DNA from: Chloroflexota bacterium | GTDB taxonomy: Bacteria > Chloroflexota > UBA11872 > VXOZ01 | DNA length: 64,000 nt | Assembly (NCBI GenBank): GCA_963662335.2 | Contig: CAXXVD010000003.1 | Location: 32,001-96,000, forward strand | Direction of reading: 5' to 3' | Shown: positions 8,426 through 17,285 of the stretch, one piece after another | How positions within the stretch are numbered: position 1 is the stretch's first letter | How the letters are laid out: each line of letters opens with the position of its first letter | Made by a program: the position numbers and the translations under genes | Notes under the pieces: model-generated | What the model was told of the DNA's origin: nothing | What the model saw: only the letters and a program-made list of their open reading frames with translations | The model's database searches: none

Positions 8426-10606
8426 GTGAGTAACCCCATAGACGTCGCCACCTTGCGGTCGATCAGGAAATTCACCGGCCATGCGCCGGTGGCGCTCTCA
8501 CCCGACGGCAATCTGGCCGCCTACGGCATCGTGCCCATGCTGCGCGAGATACCGGACCCGCCGTCAGGGATGCTCGCCACGGGCGCGACCACCGGCGCCC
8601 TGGGCATCGAGCTTTGGCTTGCCGACCTCGCCGGCGGTACGGAACGCGCGCTCACGCCCGGTTGGGGCAGTAGCTGGGGCCCGCGCTGGTCGCCGGACGG
8701 GCGGTGGCTGGCGTTCTACTCCGACCGGAACGGCGTGGCGCAGGTGTGGCTCTGGGACCGCAGCACCGGTGAGACGCGCCTTGCGTCCGCGGAGCCGGTG
8801 TGCATGGCGTTCGAGTTCGAGCAACTGCGCTGGCTGCCCGACGGCACGCATCTGGTGGCAAAGCTGCGCGCGCCCGGCTGGGACCCGCCCCAGGAGCCTG
8901 AAGCGGAAGAGGCGGCGAGCGGCCGGGACGTGTGGGAATCGCCGGTGGCTGAAATGGAGCGGCGTTCCACTGACGGTGAAGGCTGGCGCTGGTTCGATAG
9001 CAGCCGCGGCGACATCGGCGTGATCGACGTGGAATCCGGCGCGGCGCGGCGCTTGGGCACGGAGATCTTTCCCTATCATTTCGCTCCCTCTCCCGACGGG
9101 CGCTACGTGGCCGCGGCGTGCGTGGCGGAAGCCGGAGACTTCGACCTGCGGCTTTTCGCCGTGGACGGCTCGCGCCATGACGTCCTGGCCGCGGGCGTGC
9201 CGTCGTTGTGGGGCGCGTTCTCCTGGTCGCCGGCCGGCGACGCAATTGCGTACACCACGTACGGCGAGGATGAGCCGGGCCAGCTTGTGCTCGTTTCCCT
9301 CAGCGGCGAGCGGCGCGTGCTCCACGACGGCGGCGAGGTCAACTTCGGCAGCGAAGAGCCGTACCCGCCGCCGCTCTGGTCCGCGGACGGCGCGACGGTC
9401 TACTGCGGCAACATGCGGGACATCTACGCCGTCTCCCTCGCCAGCGGCGTCATGGAGAACATCACTAGCGGCCTGGACGGCCACACCGTGTGGGGGTGCG
9501 TTTGCACGTTGGGCGCGAACACCGTCAATGACGGCGGCCGCCCCGGCAGCGTGCTCGTCTTGACACAAGACCGGCAGAGTAAGCGGCACGGCATCTACCG
9601 GATCGGCAACGGCCGGCCGCAAGCGGTGCTGCCGGAGAAGCAGCGCCACCTGCTCAACCTGATGCTCTACGGCGACAGCAACCGGCGGCACGTCGTTGGG
9701 CCAATCGAGTCCGCCGCGCAACCCGCCGACCTCTATCGCATCGATATTGCGACCGGTGAGGAGGAGCGGGTCACGCGGCTCAACCCGTCGCTGGAGGGCG
9801 TCTCGTGGGGCAGCGCGCGGCTGCTGGACCACGCCGGCGCGGACGGTGAGGCTTTGCAGGGCGCGGTGCTGCTGCCGGCCGATTATGAGCCCGGCGTGCG
9901 CTATCCGACGATCGTCAGCGTGGGCCTGGGCACTGGCGGTTCCGGTTTTGTCAACTACTTCGAGTGGGACAGCCTCGGCTTCATCGAGTTGCACGCGCTG
10001 ACCACTCGCGGCTATATGGTGATCGAACCTTCGAACCCGCGCCGCGGGCCGGACGTGGCGGACGAAGTCACCGCCCAGGCGCTGAACGCCCTCGATGCGG
10101 CGGTGGCGGCCGGCTACGCCGATCCGGAACGGGCCGGCGTGATGGGGCACAGCCGGGGCGGCTACAGCGCGTGCGCGGCGATTACGCGCACCGGCCGCTT
10201 CCGCGCGGCGGTGGCCGGCGCGCCGATTACGAACTTCACCAGCTTCGCCTTGTCCGTTTCCGGCAACGAGATGTCGGCCTGGGAGCAGACGGTTGGCTAC
10301 GTCTTCCACCTGCGCAATACCCTGTGGGAGGCGCGGGAACAATGGCTGGAGAATTCACCGGCGCTCTACTGCGACCAGGTCACGACGCCGCTGCTGCTCA
10401 TCTGCGGTACCGCCGACGAGGACTGCATGGCGCAAGCCGAGGAGATGTACGGCGGCCTCCGCCAGCTTGGCAAGCGGGCTACACTGGTGCGGTATCATGG
10501 CGAAGGCCACGCGGTGGGAAATTGGTCGGCGGAGAACGCGCAAGACTGCTGGGACCGCATCATCGGCTGGTTCGACCGCTACGTGAAAGGCGGCGCGCCG
10601 GATTGA
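8426..10606 (+). CDS. S9 prolyl oligopeptidase family protein with beta-propeller
   Basis: WSPDG repeats; GHSRGG nucleophile; GTAD and EGH; GGAGG before GTG 8426. Confidence 0.9.
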   Translation: MSNPIDVATLRSIRKFTGHAPVALSPDGNLAAYGIVPMLREIPDPPSGMLATGATTGALGIELWLADLAGGTERALTPGWGSSWGPRWSPDGRWLAFYSDRNGVAQVWLWDRSTGETRLASAEPVCMAFEFEQLRWLPDGTHLVAKLRAPGWDPPQEPEAEEAASGRDVWESPVAEMERRSTDGEGWRWFDSSRGDIGVIDVESGAARRLGTEIFPYHFAPSPDGRYVAAACVAEAGDFDLRLFAVDGSRHDVLAAGVPSLWGAFSWSPAGDAIAYTTYGEDEPGQLVLVSLSGERRVLHDGGEVNFGSEEPYPPPLWSADGATVYCGNMRDIYAVSLASGVMENITSGLDGHTVWGCVCTLGANTVNDGGRPGSVLVLTQDRQSKRHGIYRIGNGRPQAVLPEKQRHLLNLMLYGDSNRRHVVGPIESAAQPADLYRIDIATGEEERVTRLNPSLEGVSWGSARLLDHAGADGEALQGAVLLPADYEPGVRYPTIVSVGLGTGGSGFVNYFEWDSLGFIELHALTTRGYMVIEPSNPRRGPDVADEVTAQALNALDAAVAAGYADPERAGVMGHSRGGYSACAAITRTGRFRAAVAGAPITNFTSFALSVSGNEMSAWEQTVGYVFHLRNTLWEAREQWLENSPALYCDQVTTPLLLICGTADEDCMAQAEEMYGGLRQLGKRATLVRYHGEGHAVGNWSAENAQDCWDRIIGWFDRYVKGGAPD

Positions 10607-10913
10607 GGGTGAATGCGCGCCGCAGCGGAGAGAGGAATCTAGAGCGCTGCGCCGTAGCACACGGCATCCTTGTAGAGGCTGTAGATTCCTCGCTGCGCTC
10701 GGAATGACAGACATGCGACGTACAGCAAGAACCGGTGAGCGCGCGCGGCAGTTGGCAGGACGGCAGGAGCCGCCGATGCCCGTCCGCGGCCAGGCAATGC
10801 TACTATACGGACTGTGCGCTGGCGCAACGGGCAAGGTTGATTGGCAGGGCCGCTTGCTGTGCGGCGGCGCACGCCTGGCAATGAAGTCACGCAGCATGAG
10901 GGAATAACGTCTT

Positions 10914-12233
10914 ATGGAGTCCATGACCGAGGCGGCCACGTTACAGCAAGAACTCCTGGCGAGCAGCCGGCAGTTGTTTCCCGGCGGCAGTTCCGGCTTG
11001 TGGCGGCTGCCGGACGAGTATCAGATCGTGGTCACCCACGGGCGCGGCAGCCGCGTGTGGGACATGACCGGGCGCGAGTACATCGACTGCATCCTGGGCT
11101 CGGGGCCGGTCGTTATCGGCCACGCGCATCCGGCGGTGGTGGCGGCGGTGCAGGCGCAGGCGGCGCAGGGCGCGACCTACTTCCTGCTCAACGAACCGGC
11201 CATCCGGCTGGCGCAGATGGTGGTGGACGCGGTGCCGTGCGCCGAGCAGGTGCGCTTCGTGAGCACCGGCACCGAGGCTACCTTCTACGCCGTGCGCATC
11301 GCCCGCGCCTACACCGGCCGCAACAAGGTGCTGAAGTTCGAGGGCGCGCTCCACGGCGGCAACGACTACGCCACTATGAGCACCGTGCCGCCGCGCGCGA
11401 GCGACTATCCCCACGGCATCCCGGACAGCAGCGGCATTCCGGCGCAGGTGCAGGAGCAGGTGCTGATTTCGGAATTCAACAATCTCGACCTCACCCGCGC
11501 ACTCGTGCATGAGCACGGCGGCGACCTGGCGGCCATCATCATGGAGCCGCTGCAGCGGGCGCTCAATCCGGAGCCGGGCTTCCTGGCGGCGGTGCGCGAC
11601 CTGGCCCACGAGGTGGGGGCGCTGCTGATCTTCGACGAGATCGTCACCGGCTTTCGCCTGGCGTGGGGCGGCGCGCAGGAATACTACGGCGTGGAACCGG
11701 ACCTGGCGGTGCTGGGCAAGGCGCTGGGCGGCGGCTACCCGCAGGCGGCGGTGGCGGGGCCGGCCGCAATCATGGAGGTGGTCTCGTCGGCCATCCGCGG
11801 CACGCCGCGCTACGTCTGGATGGGCGGCACGTTCAGCGGCAATCCCCTGAGCGCCGTGGCCGGCCTGGCTACCCTGGGCGTGCTGCAGGAAGAGGGCAGC
11901 TTTGCGCGTTTGCACGCGATTGGCGACCAGGTGCGTGCCGGACTGGAGGCGCTGGGTAAAGAGTTTGGCGAACCGCTGCAAGCCATCGGCGCGGGGCCGC
12001 TGCTCCAGGTCTTCTTTGGCGAAGGCGACCTGCGCAGCTACCGCGACTGCCTGCAAACCGACAACGCCAAACGCATCGCTTTCGCCCAAGAACTCCTCCG
12101 CGCCGGCATCCTCACCAACCCGGGTGAGAAGCTCTACTTCTCGCTGGCGCACACCGACGAGGACGTGGGGCAGATTCTGGAAATCGCCCGCGCGGCGTTA
12201 AAGACAGTGCAAGTAAGAGAGACCGCCGGTTAG
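10914..12233 (+). CDS. class III aminotransferase (glutamate-1-semialdehyde aminomutase-like)
   Basis: TGTEA, FDEIVTGFR, LGKALGGG and GTFSGNPL motifs. Confidence 0.88.
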   Translation: MESMTEAATLQQELLASSRQLFPGGSSGLWRLPDEYQIVVTHGRGSRVWDMTGREYIDCILGSGPVVIGHAHPAVVAAVQAQAAQGATYFLLNEPAIRLAQMVVDAVPCAEQVRFVSTGTEATFYAVRIARAYTGRNKVLKFEGALHGGNDYATMSTVPPRASDYPHGIPDSSGIPAQVQEQVLISEFNNLDLTRALVHEHGGDLAAIIMEPLQRALNPEPGFLAAVRDLAHEVGALLIFDEIVTGFRLAWGGAQEYYGVEPDLAVLGKALGGGYPQAAVAGPAAIMEVVSSAIRGTPRYVWMGGTFSGNPLSAVAGLATLGVLQEEGSFARLHAIGDQVRAGLEALGKEFGEPLQAIGAGPLLQVFFGEGDLRSYRDCLQTDNAKRIAFAQELLRAGILTNPGEKLYFSLAHTDEDVGQILEIARAALKTVQVRETAG

Positions 12234-12261
12234 AAATGCGGCAGATTTCCCGTAGGCGCGG

Positions 12262-12744
12262 CTATAACAGGCCGGGTTGTTGAACGCGCGGCGCGCACAC
12301 CGTGATGCCCAGGTGTTCTGAATAGTTCCACAATGACTTGTCATACGTATGAACTTCGGCTGCGCGCATGAGTTGCGCGGTAGCAAGGTGGATGCAGTCG
12401 CTTGGGTCTCTCTTGAGGTTATTGGTCAGGCCAATCCGCATCACGTCGCGAGCGCGTCTTGCAATGAGTTGGCTAAACTCGACGAGTAGCACGACACGAT
12501 CGTCCTGGAAGATTGTATCTATTCTGCTTAATTCAGCATCATTGAGGGCTCGGTCTAGTCGCTCTTGCTCCGTAAAGGCGACCTCTGCAATAGAGAGTGT
12601 TGAGGTGACGATCTTTTGTTCTCCGTCGCTCCGTTCCACCTCACTAAGAATGCCTTGCAAAGTGCCGATTCGCTCAGACGACTCGTTGATGTAATAGGTG
12701 AAGCAGTTTGCGTCCCAATAAATGAATTCTGCAGAAGCCGGCAT
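12262..12744 (-). CDS. PIN-domain (VapC-like) ribonuclease toxin
   Basis: YWDANCF, STLSIAEV, DCIHLATA and TYD acidic motifs. Confidence 0.85.
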   Translation of the reverse strand: MPASAEFIYWDANCFTYYINESSERIGTLQGILSEVERSDGEQKIVTSTLSIAEVAFTEQERLDRALNDAELSRIDTIFQDDRVVLLVEFSQLIARRARDVMRIGLTNNLKRDPSDCIHLATAQLMRAAEVHTYDKSLWNYSEHLGITVCAPRVQQPGLL

Positions 12745-12752
12745 CGTTCTTC

Positions 12753-13475
12753 CTACTTGCTTTTGACAATCCGCAGAGCGCCACGCGCTGCGCGGTAAGA
12801 ACCTAGGGAAGCAGGAGGCACCTCATGGATTTCGCGGATATTCCTGATTTGAGTGGGGATGCCAGTCTTCGCGTCGCGTCGTATCAGTCCCTCGACGATG
12901 ACGCGCTTTCGCCAAAGTTGCCTTGCGCGGTCTTCGATTTCTGGCGACAGGAGGCAAGAGACGGGCGCATCGAAGAGGTTGTCGTAAAGAGTGAAGCGCA
13001 GTGACTTGCGATCAGAGAGTGTCCGTATTCGCCCCTCAATTGCTCCAAACACATCAACAGACTCTAGCCTTTCGGGTCGATCAGGCGGTTGCCGGACGAT
13101 ATGCTGCGCTCTTGGCGTTCTAAAGTGAATGGCTGTAATCTCTCCATTGACTAAGGATGCAATGGAATCCGCGTGTCGACGGATATCATCGGAGTACGGT
13201 ATCTCAGAGCGATCCGCTAACGCTTGGCCGACAATGCCATAAGCGGTCATTATTGACGGCACATCCTTCGGGTCATCCGCAGTTCCCCGAATCGTCGTAA
13301 TTGCGCTTGACGCCGATAGCTCTAAGACTTTCCATTGGACCGTAGCGGAACTGCCGGTAATCTCTGAGCTGAGAGATTTCAGCAGTTCATTTAGTTCACT
13401 GACGGCCGTGGAAAAGTCAGAGATTCGCACTTCACCATCTAGACCTAATGTGATGACGTCGTCCTGTTTAGACAT
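12753..13475 (-). CDS. hypothetical protein directly upstream of the PIN toxin
   Basis: 240-aa ORF with GAGG RBS; 8-bp gap to PIN; beta-rich C-terminus. Confidence 0.7.
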   Translation of the reverse strand: MSKQDDVITLGLDGEVRISDFSTAVSELNELLKSLSSEITGSSATVQWKVLELSASSAITTIRGTADDPKDVPSIMTAYGIVGQALADRSEIPYSDDIRRHADSIASLVNGEITAIHFRTPRAQHIVRQPPDRPERLESVDVFGAIEGRIRTLSDRKSLRFTLYDNLFDAPVSCLLSPEIEDRARQLWRKRVIVEGLIRRDAKTGIPTQIRNIREIHEVPPASLGSYRAARGALRIVKSK

Positions 13476-13520
13476 CTCACACCTCTCGGTGTCAAATTGC
13501 ATAGGCGAGACTACTTGCCT

Positions 13521-14102
13521 CTATTCCTTAGGCAGGCTCTCGCAGGCAACGCCGTCGTCGTTAGTGTCTAGCTTGTTCGGGTCTGAGGGATCCGCTTCCA
13601 AGACCGCTTGAGCCTGCCACTGGTAATCGAAGTCCCCGCAATTGTAGGCGTTCCCTTTACCAATGTAGAGTTGGGGGTTGAAGTCACTCTGTGATGTTGC
13701 CGTAGGCGCCGGTATTGGCGAAGGAGTTGCAACAGGAACTGGTGAAGGGGAAGGGATTGGCGATGGGGCAACCGTGGGAATAGTAACAGCAGTAGGCACT
13801 GGGCTAGGAACTGGTGGAGGAGTGGCGGTTGCCTGGGCCGAAGGAGTAGATATTGGTGTTGTGACAGGTGTAGCTATTGGCTCCGCCGTTGCAGTTACCG
13901 TAGAAATCAACAGAGGTGTAGCCGTAGCGTTCACGTTTCCGGTAGTAGGCGTAGTGCCGACGGCAGACTCTCCCTCTTCGCTCCCTGCTGTAGCGACCGC
14001 ACCGATGCAGGAGCCAATCAGCAGGACGTAAATGAGGCTTGCAACAATCTGCTTCCAGCGTGTGCCGGATCGGAATCCTGGAATTCTGCGAAAAACACCC
14101 AT
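13521..14102 (-). CDS. membrane-anchored Excalibur Ca-binding domain protein with Pro/Thr linker
   Basis: N-terminal TM helix; YNCGDF...[14 protein letters not shown]. Confidence 0.85.
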   Translation of the reverse strand: MGVFRRIPGFRSGTRWKQIVASLIYVLLIGSCIGAVATAGSEEGESAVGTTPTTGNVNATATPLLISTVTATAEPIATPVTTPISTPSAQATATPPPVPSPVPTAVTIPTVAPSPIPSPSPVPVATPSPIPAPTATSQSDFNPQLYIGKGNAYNCGDFDYQWQAQAVLEADPSDPNKLDTNDDGVACESLPKE

Positions 14103-14289
14103 GGTCTATCCTTGCTCCAGCGTCAAACTCGCGTTCCCCCTCGCAAGTGTACCACAGTCGTTCGCTCTAAACCAGAAAGTCAATGCGCAGACAAGACTGG
14201 TTATGTCGTGCTGCCAGCGCGCGCTAAAGTGGGAGTGGGACACTTATGTATGAGAGTCGCCTGGTGTCACTTCGGCTTCGCAATCGGCT

Positions 14290-14706
14290 CGAGGTCTAGC
14301 GAAACTGCCTGTCATGGGAGCGGCTGAGCATGGCGGCAAGGTGAAAGCGGTACCATTCCTGTAGGTGATGGCGCGGCATATCAATACTTTCTTGAAGCGC
14401 AACGTGGATCCGCGCGCCATCCTCATGACCGACTACTGGCCGGGCTACAACGAAGTCAGAGACTGGATGCAGCGCTTTCGCGTGAATCACGGCACAGGCG
14501 GATTCGTTGACGGGGAAGTCCACACCAACACCACTGAGGGATTCTGGTCATTGGTGAAGCGCGCGGTTGCCGGCCAGCACCACCACTACACGGTCGAACA
14601 CGCGGCTATCTACATCCACGAAGCGGCTTACAGGTGAAAGACCCGCAAGTCGGACAGGCTGTTCAAGGACTTCATGCTGCGGGCTAGGGGACTACATATT
14701 GCGTAA
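14290..14706 (+). pseudogene. IS1595-family (ISXO2-like DDE) transposase remnant
   Basis: KLPVMGAAEHGGKV, MTDYWPGY, VNH and HTNTTEGFWSLVKR; in-frame stops at 14362 and 14635; N-terminus missing. Confidence 0.85.
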
Positions 14707-14741
14707 AAGCGGAGCGTCTACCGCAACATAGGCTTATGTCA

Positions 14742-14770
14742 TTGACTCGATGCATTCGCTTCTGTAGAAT
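14742..14770 (+). promoter_or_regulatory. sigma70-type promoter of the tRNA-like RNA
   Basis: TTGACT-N17-TAGAAT, followed by a hairpin at 14785-14824. Confidence 0.7.
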
Positions 14771-14828
14771 CTTGGGAGATAGGCGAACCCGCCTGTTCCT
14801 CGGTCAAAAGAAGCAGGCGGGTTCTGCT

Positions 14829-14926
14829 GGAAGGTATTGTCTGTCAGTACAGAACCAGCGCTAGGAACGCTCGGAGCGTCAGGGATATGTCCTGTCGTTG
14901 CGGTGCAACTCCGCTACCTTCCGCCA
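14829..14926 (+). tRNA. non-canonical 8/4 tRNA-Sec-like (allo-tRNA-type) RNA, anticodon AGG
   Basis: 8-bp acceptor GGAAGGTA/TACCTTCC then G-CCA; D stem TCTGT/ACAGA with 4-nt loop; anticodon stem AGCG/CGCT with loop CT-AGG-AA; long variable arm 14875-14899; 4-bp T stem GCGG/CCGC with loop TGCAACT. Confidence 0.75.
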
Positions 14927-14987
14927 CTTTCCGCAACCGCAAGTGTATACAGTGTAAACCGTGCTGACTCCATGCGTCAAATCGCCG

Positions 14988-15251
14988 CTATTCTGCCGGC
15001 GAATCAGTCTTTTCGCCTACGATTAGCAAGCTAGGCCGCCTGCCGCGAAAGCCAAACGTGATGCAGGTGAAGAGGAAATTGAAGAACTTCCTGGCGAGCG
15101 ACCACTTGTCCTCAGTGATGAAGACCAAGCGGTACCCGTCTTCATTGAGTCGTCTAATAGCGCGGTCTACGGCGCGCCCCTGGCTTTCACCGATATTGAG
15201 CCAGCCGCTCTTGAGTTCGACGCGCTCAGTGCGGTTGATTGGGTCGCTCAT
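14988..15251 (-). CDS. small hypothetical protein (87 aa) with a hydrophobic segment
   Basis: AAGGAGG RBS; FFNFLFTCITFGF stretch. Confidence 0.7.
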   Translation of the reverse strand: MSDPINRTERVELKSGWLNIGESQGRAVDRAIRRLNEDGYRLVFITEDKWSLARKFFNFLFTCITFGFRGRRPSLLIVGEKTDSPAE

Positions 15252-15392
15252 GGGTGCCTCCTTGCAGCACGCTAAAGGGTAGGTCTTGCTACAGCCCGAC
15301 GCCTAGAGTGGGCCGCAAGGAGACGTGGCAAACCACTATCCCCTTAGCGTCTCTTGTGAGACCCACAACTAGACCTATTCGGGCTGTAGCAC
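15252..15392 (-). ncRNA. structured 5' leader / C4-like antisense RNA candidate
   Basis: 13-bp perfect outer stem 15287-15299/15379-15391 plus inner stems; bulge and loop complementary to sequence just upstream of the RBS. Confidence 0.55.
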
Positions 15393-15397
15393 GTAGC

Positions 15398-15426
15398 ATC
15401 CTACCAAGCGCACAGAATCAAGGCAA
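15398..15426 (-). promoter_or_regulatory. sigma70-type promoter for the structured leader and 87-aa gene
   Basis: TTGCCT-N17-TAGGAT with TGn extension; predicted start at the hairpin base. Confidence 0.55.
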
Positions 15427-15430
15427 GTCG

Positions 15431-15685
15431 ATTTCCTATAATCCTCGACGCACCCTAGAACGAATCTTTACACGGCCCACGCCACCCGACATCAGGTGGG
15501 CCAATATTGAGAGCATGTTGGGTGCAGTAGGTGTGGAGGTCTCAGAGCGGGCGGGCTCGCGGGTGCTCTTGAAGAAGGGAGCGGAGCGTATCGTCGTTCA
15601 CAGACCGCATCCTCGTCCAGAGGCCGGCAAAGCTACGGTCCGCAATATCGCCCTGTTTCTCCGGGAGATAGGAGTAGTGCCATGA
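15431..15685 (+). pseudogene. hicA: HicA-family toxin, apparently lacking its native start
   Basis: RRTLERIF...IRW...GSRV...HRPHP; no ATG or RBS at the expected position. Confidence 0.65.
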
Positions 15686-16017
15686 TGGAGTATAGGGGTT
15701 ACCTAGCCACCGTCGAATACGATGACTCGGTGGGACTTCTGCACGGACAGGTCGTCAACGCCGGTCCCTATCCGATTGCCACGTTCGAGGCCGCCGACGT
15801 GGAGGGGCTGAAACGCGAATTCCGCATATCGATCGAAGAGTACTTAGCCTCGTGCGCGGAAGACGGGATCGAGCCGCGCAAACCGTTCTCCGGCAAGCTC
15901 ACGCTGCGGCTAGGAACCGAACTGCATCAGCGCGTGGCGGCCGCGGCGCTGCACAGCGGGCTGAGCATCAACGAGTGGATCAAGCAGGTGCTCGCGGAGA
16001 ACGCGCAGAGCGGGTAG
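15682..16017 (+). CDS. hicB: HicB-family antitoxin
   Basis: MEYRGY...YL..C...P.KPFSGKLTLRL..ELH; ATGA overlap with hicA. Confidence 0.9.
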   Translation: MMEYRGYLATVEYDDSVGLLHGQVVNAGPYPIATFEAADVEGLKREFRISIEEYLASCAEDGIEPRKPFSGKLTLRLGTELHQRVAAAALHSGLSINEWIKQVLAENAQSG

Positions 16018-16103
16018 AAGCGCGGGCATGTTTGCGGATGCGGCCGCTCCGCACGTGAATCGGAGGAGCGGCCTGCGGTTCGGAAATCCCTGCGCGGGGC
16101 GCG

Positions 16104-16469
16104 CTAGGAAGCGGCCGGCAGGGCGCCTTTCGCCACGGTGGCGAGTTCCGCGAACGCCGCGCTGTCTTCCACGGCCAGGTCTGCCAGCATCTTGCGGTCC
16201 AGGGTGACGTTGGCCTGGCGGAGGCCGTGCATGAAGGCGCTGTAGGAGAGGCCGTTCTGGCGGGCGGCGGCGTTGATGCGCACGATCCAGAGGCGGCGCA
16301 TCTCGCGCTTGCGGGTGCGGCGGTGGCGGTAGGCAAAGGCCATGCCGCGCATCACCGCTTCGTGGGCGCTCTTGTAGAGGCGGCTGCGGCCGCCCCAGTA
16401 GCCTGAGGCGCGCTTCAGCACTTTCTTGTGGCGCTTGTGGGATGTGACGCCGCGTTTTACTCGGGGCAT
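16104..16469 (-). CDS. rplT: 50S ribosomal protein L20
   Basis: MPRVKRG...[13 protein letters not shown]. Confidence 0.97.
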   Translation of the reverse strand: MPRVKRGVTSHKRHKKVLKRASGYWGGRSRLYKSAHEAVMRGMAFAYRHRRTRKREMRRLWIVRINAAARQNGLSYSAFMHGLRQANVTLDRKMLADLAVEDSAAFAELATVAKGALPAAS

Positions 16470-16660
16470 GGTGTCTCTCTGCTCTTTGGTGTTGGTTGCA
16501 ACTCTGCCAAGTGCCGCTAGGCTTCGCAAGATTGCGGGGAACAAGCCCCCGCGCTACGGTCTGCCGTCCGTCGTTCCTACTTAGAATCGGCAGGCGTTCC
16601 CCCTCACCCTAACCCTCTTCCCCAGGGAGAGGGAACCGGAAGTTGCCGCGCGCTTGGCGC

Positions 16661-16867
16661 TTACTTGATGCCCGCGCCGGGCAGCAGGCTCTTCACGCGC
16701 TTCCGTTCGCCGTCGGGGGATTCGAAATACTGCGTCGCCATGCGCAGCGTGCGCGGCTTCTTCTTGCGGCGCAAGTGGTTCATGCTCCCTTTCGGGCGCA
16801 TCAGCTTGCCGGTCCCGCTGACCTTGAAGCGCTTGCGCGTGCTCTTGTGGGTCTTCATCTTGGGCAC
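16661..16867 (-). CDS. rpmI: 50S ribosomal protein L35
   Basis: PKMKTHKSTRKRFKVSGTGK. Confidence 0.95.
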   Translation of the reverse strand: MPKMKTHKSTRKRFKVSGTGKLMRPKGSMNHLRRKKKPRTLRMATQYFESPDGERKRVKSLLPGAGIK

Positions 16868-17048
16868 GAAACTACCACCTCGCTTTAGAGAGGAATCGCT
16901 TGCTATGGTATCATAGAGCGGGCAGTGCGCACAACCGCCGGCGCCCCACGCTGGACGGTTCACTGGAGTAGCATAGTATTGAATCTGCGCGCAGGACGCT
17001 GTACACTTACCGTATTAACTTCCATAGAGCATATGTGGAGACTAGTCA

Positions 17049-17285
17049 ATGCGTAAAAAGAAAAACCCGCAAGAAGCCGATTCCGACAACGCGGTGCTTC
17101 TTCAGAACTTGGTCGTGTTGTCGCTTGTTCGTCACTTCTTAAGGACGTCGTTTAGGCCGTTCAAGTGGTCTTATGCGCAGTCCAAGGACAGCTTCGGGAA
17201 TAGCTGGGAGGAAGACTTCCATGCGTGGCCGGGAAACCAATGGGAACAAAGAGAAACAAGACTTGGCCGAGCCATCCAGCGCTGA
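17049..17285 (+). CDS. small hypothetical protein
   Basis: GGAG RBS, ATG start, lower GC. Confidence 0.4.
   Translation: MRKKKNPQEADSDNAVLLQNLVVLSLVRHFLRTSFRPFKWSYAQSKDSFGNSWEEDFHAWPGNQWEQRETRLGRAIQR

Noticed and set aside
10914-12233. hemL assignment
   Set aside because: Motifs are divergent (PGGSSG rather than PGGVNSP) and there are no hem neighbours; left as a family-level call
14362-14637. stop-codon recoding in the transposase
   Set aside because: Two different stops plus a missing N-terminus indicate decay
14829-14926. canonical selC tRNA-Sec or ordinary tRNA-Pro
   Set aside because: Anticodon is AGG rather than TCA and geometry is 8/4, not 8/5; the long variable arm and G discriminator do not fit tRNA-Pro
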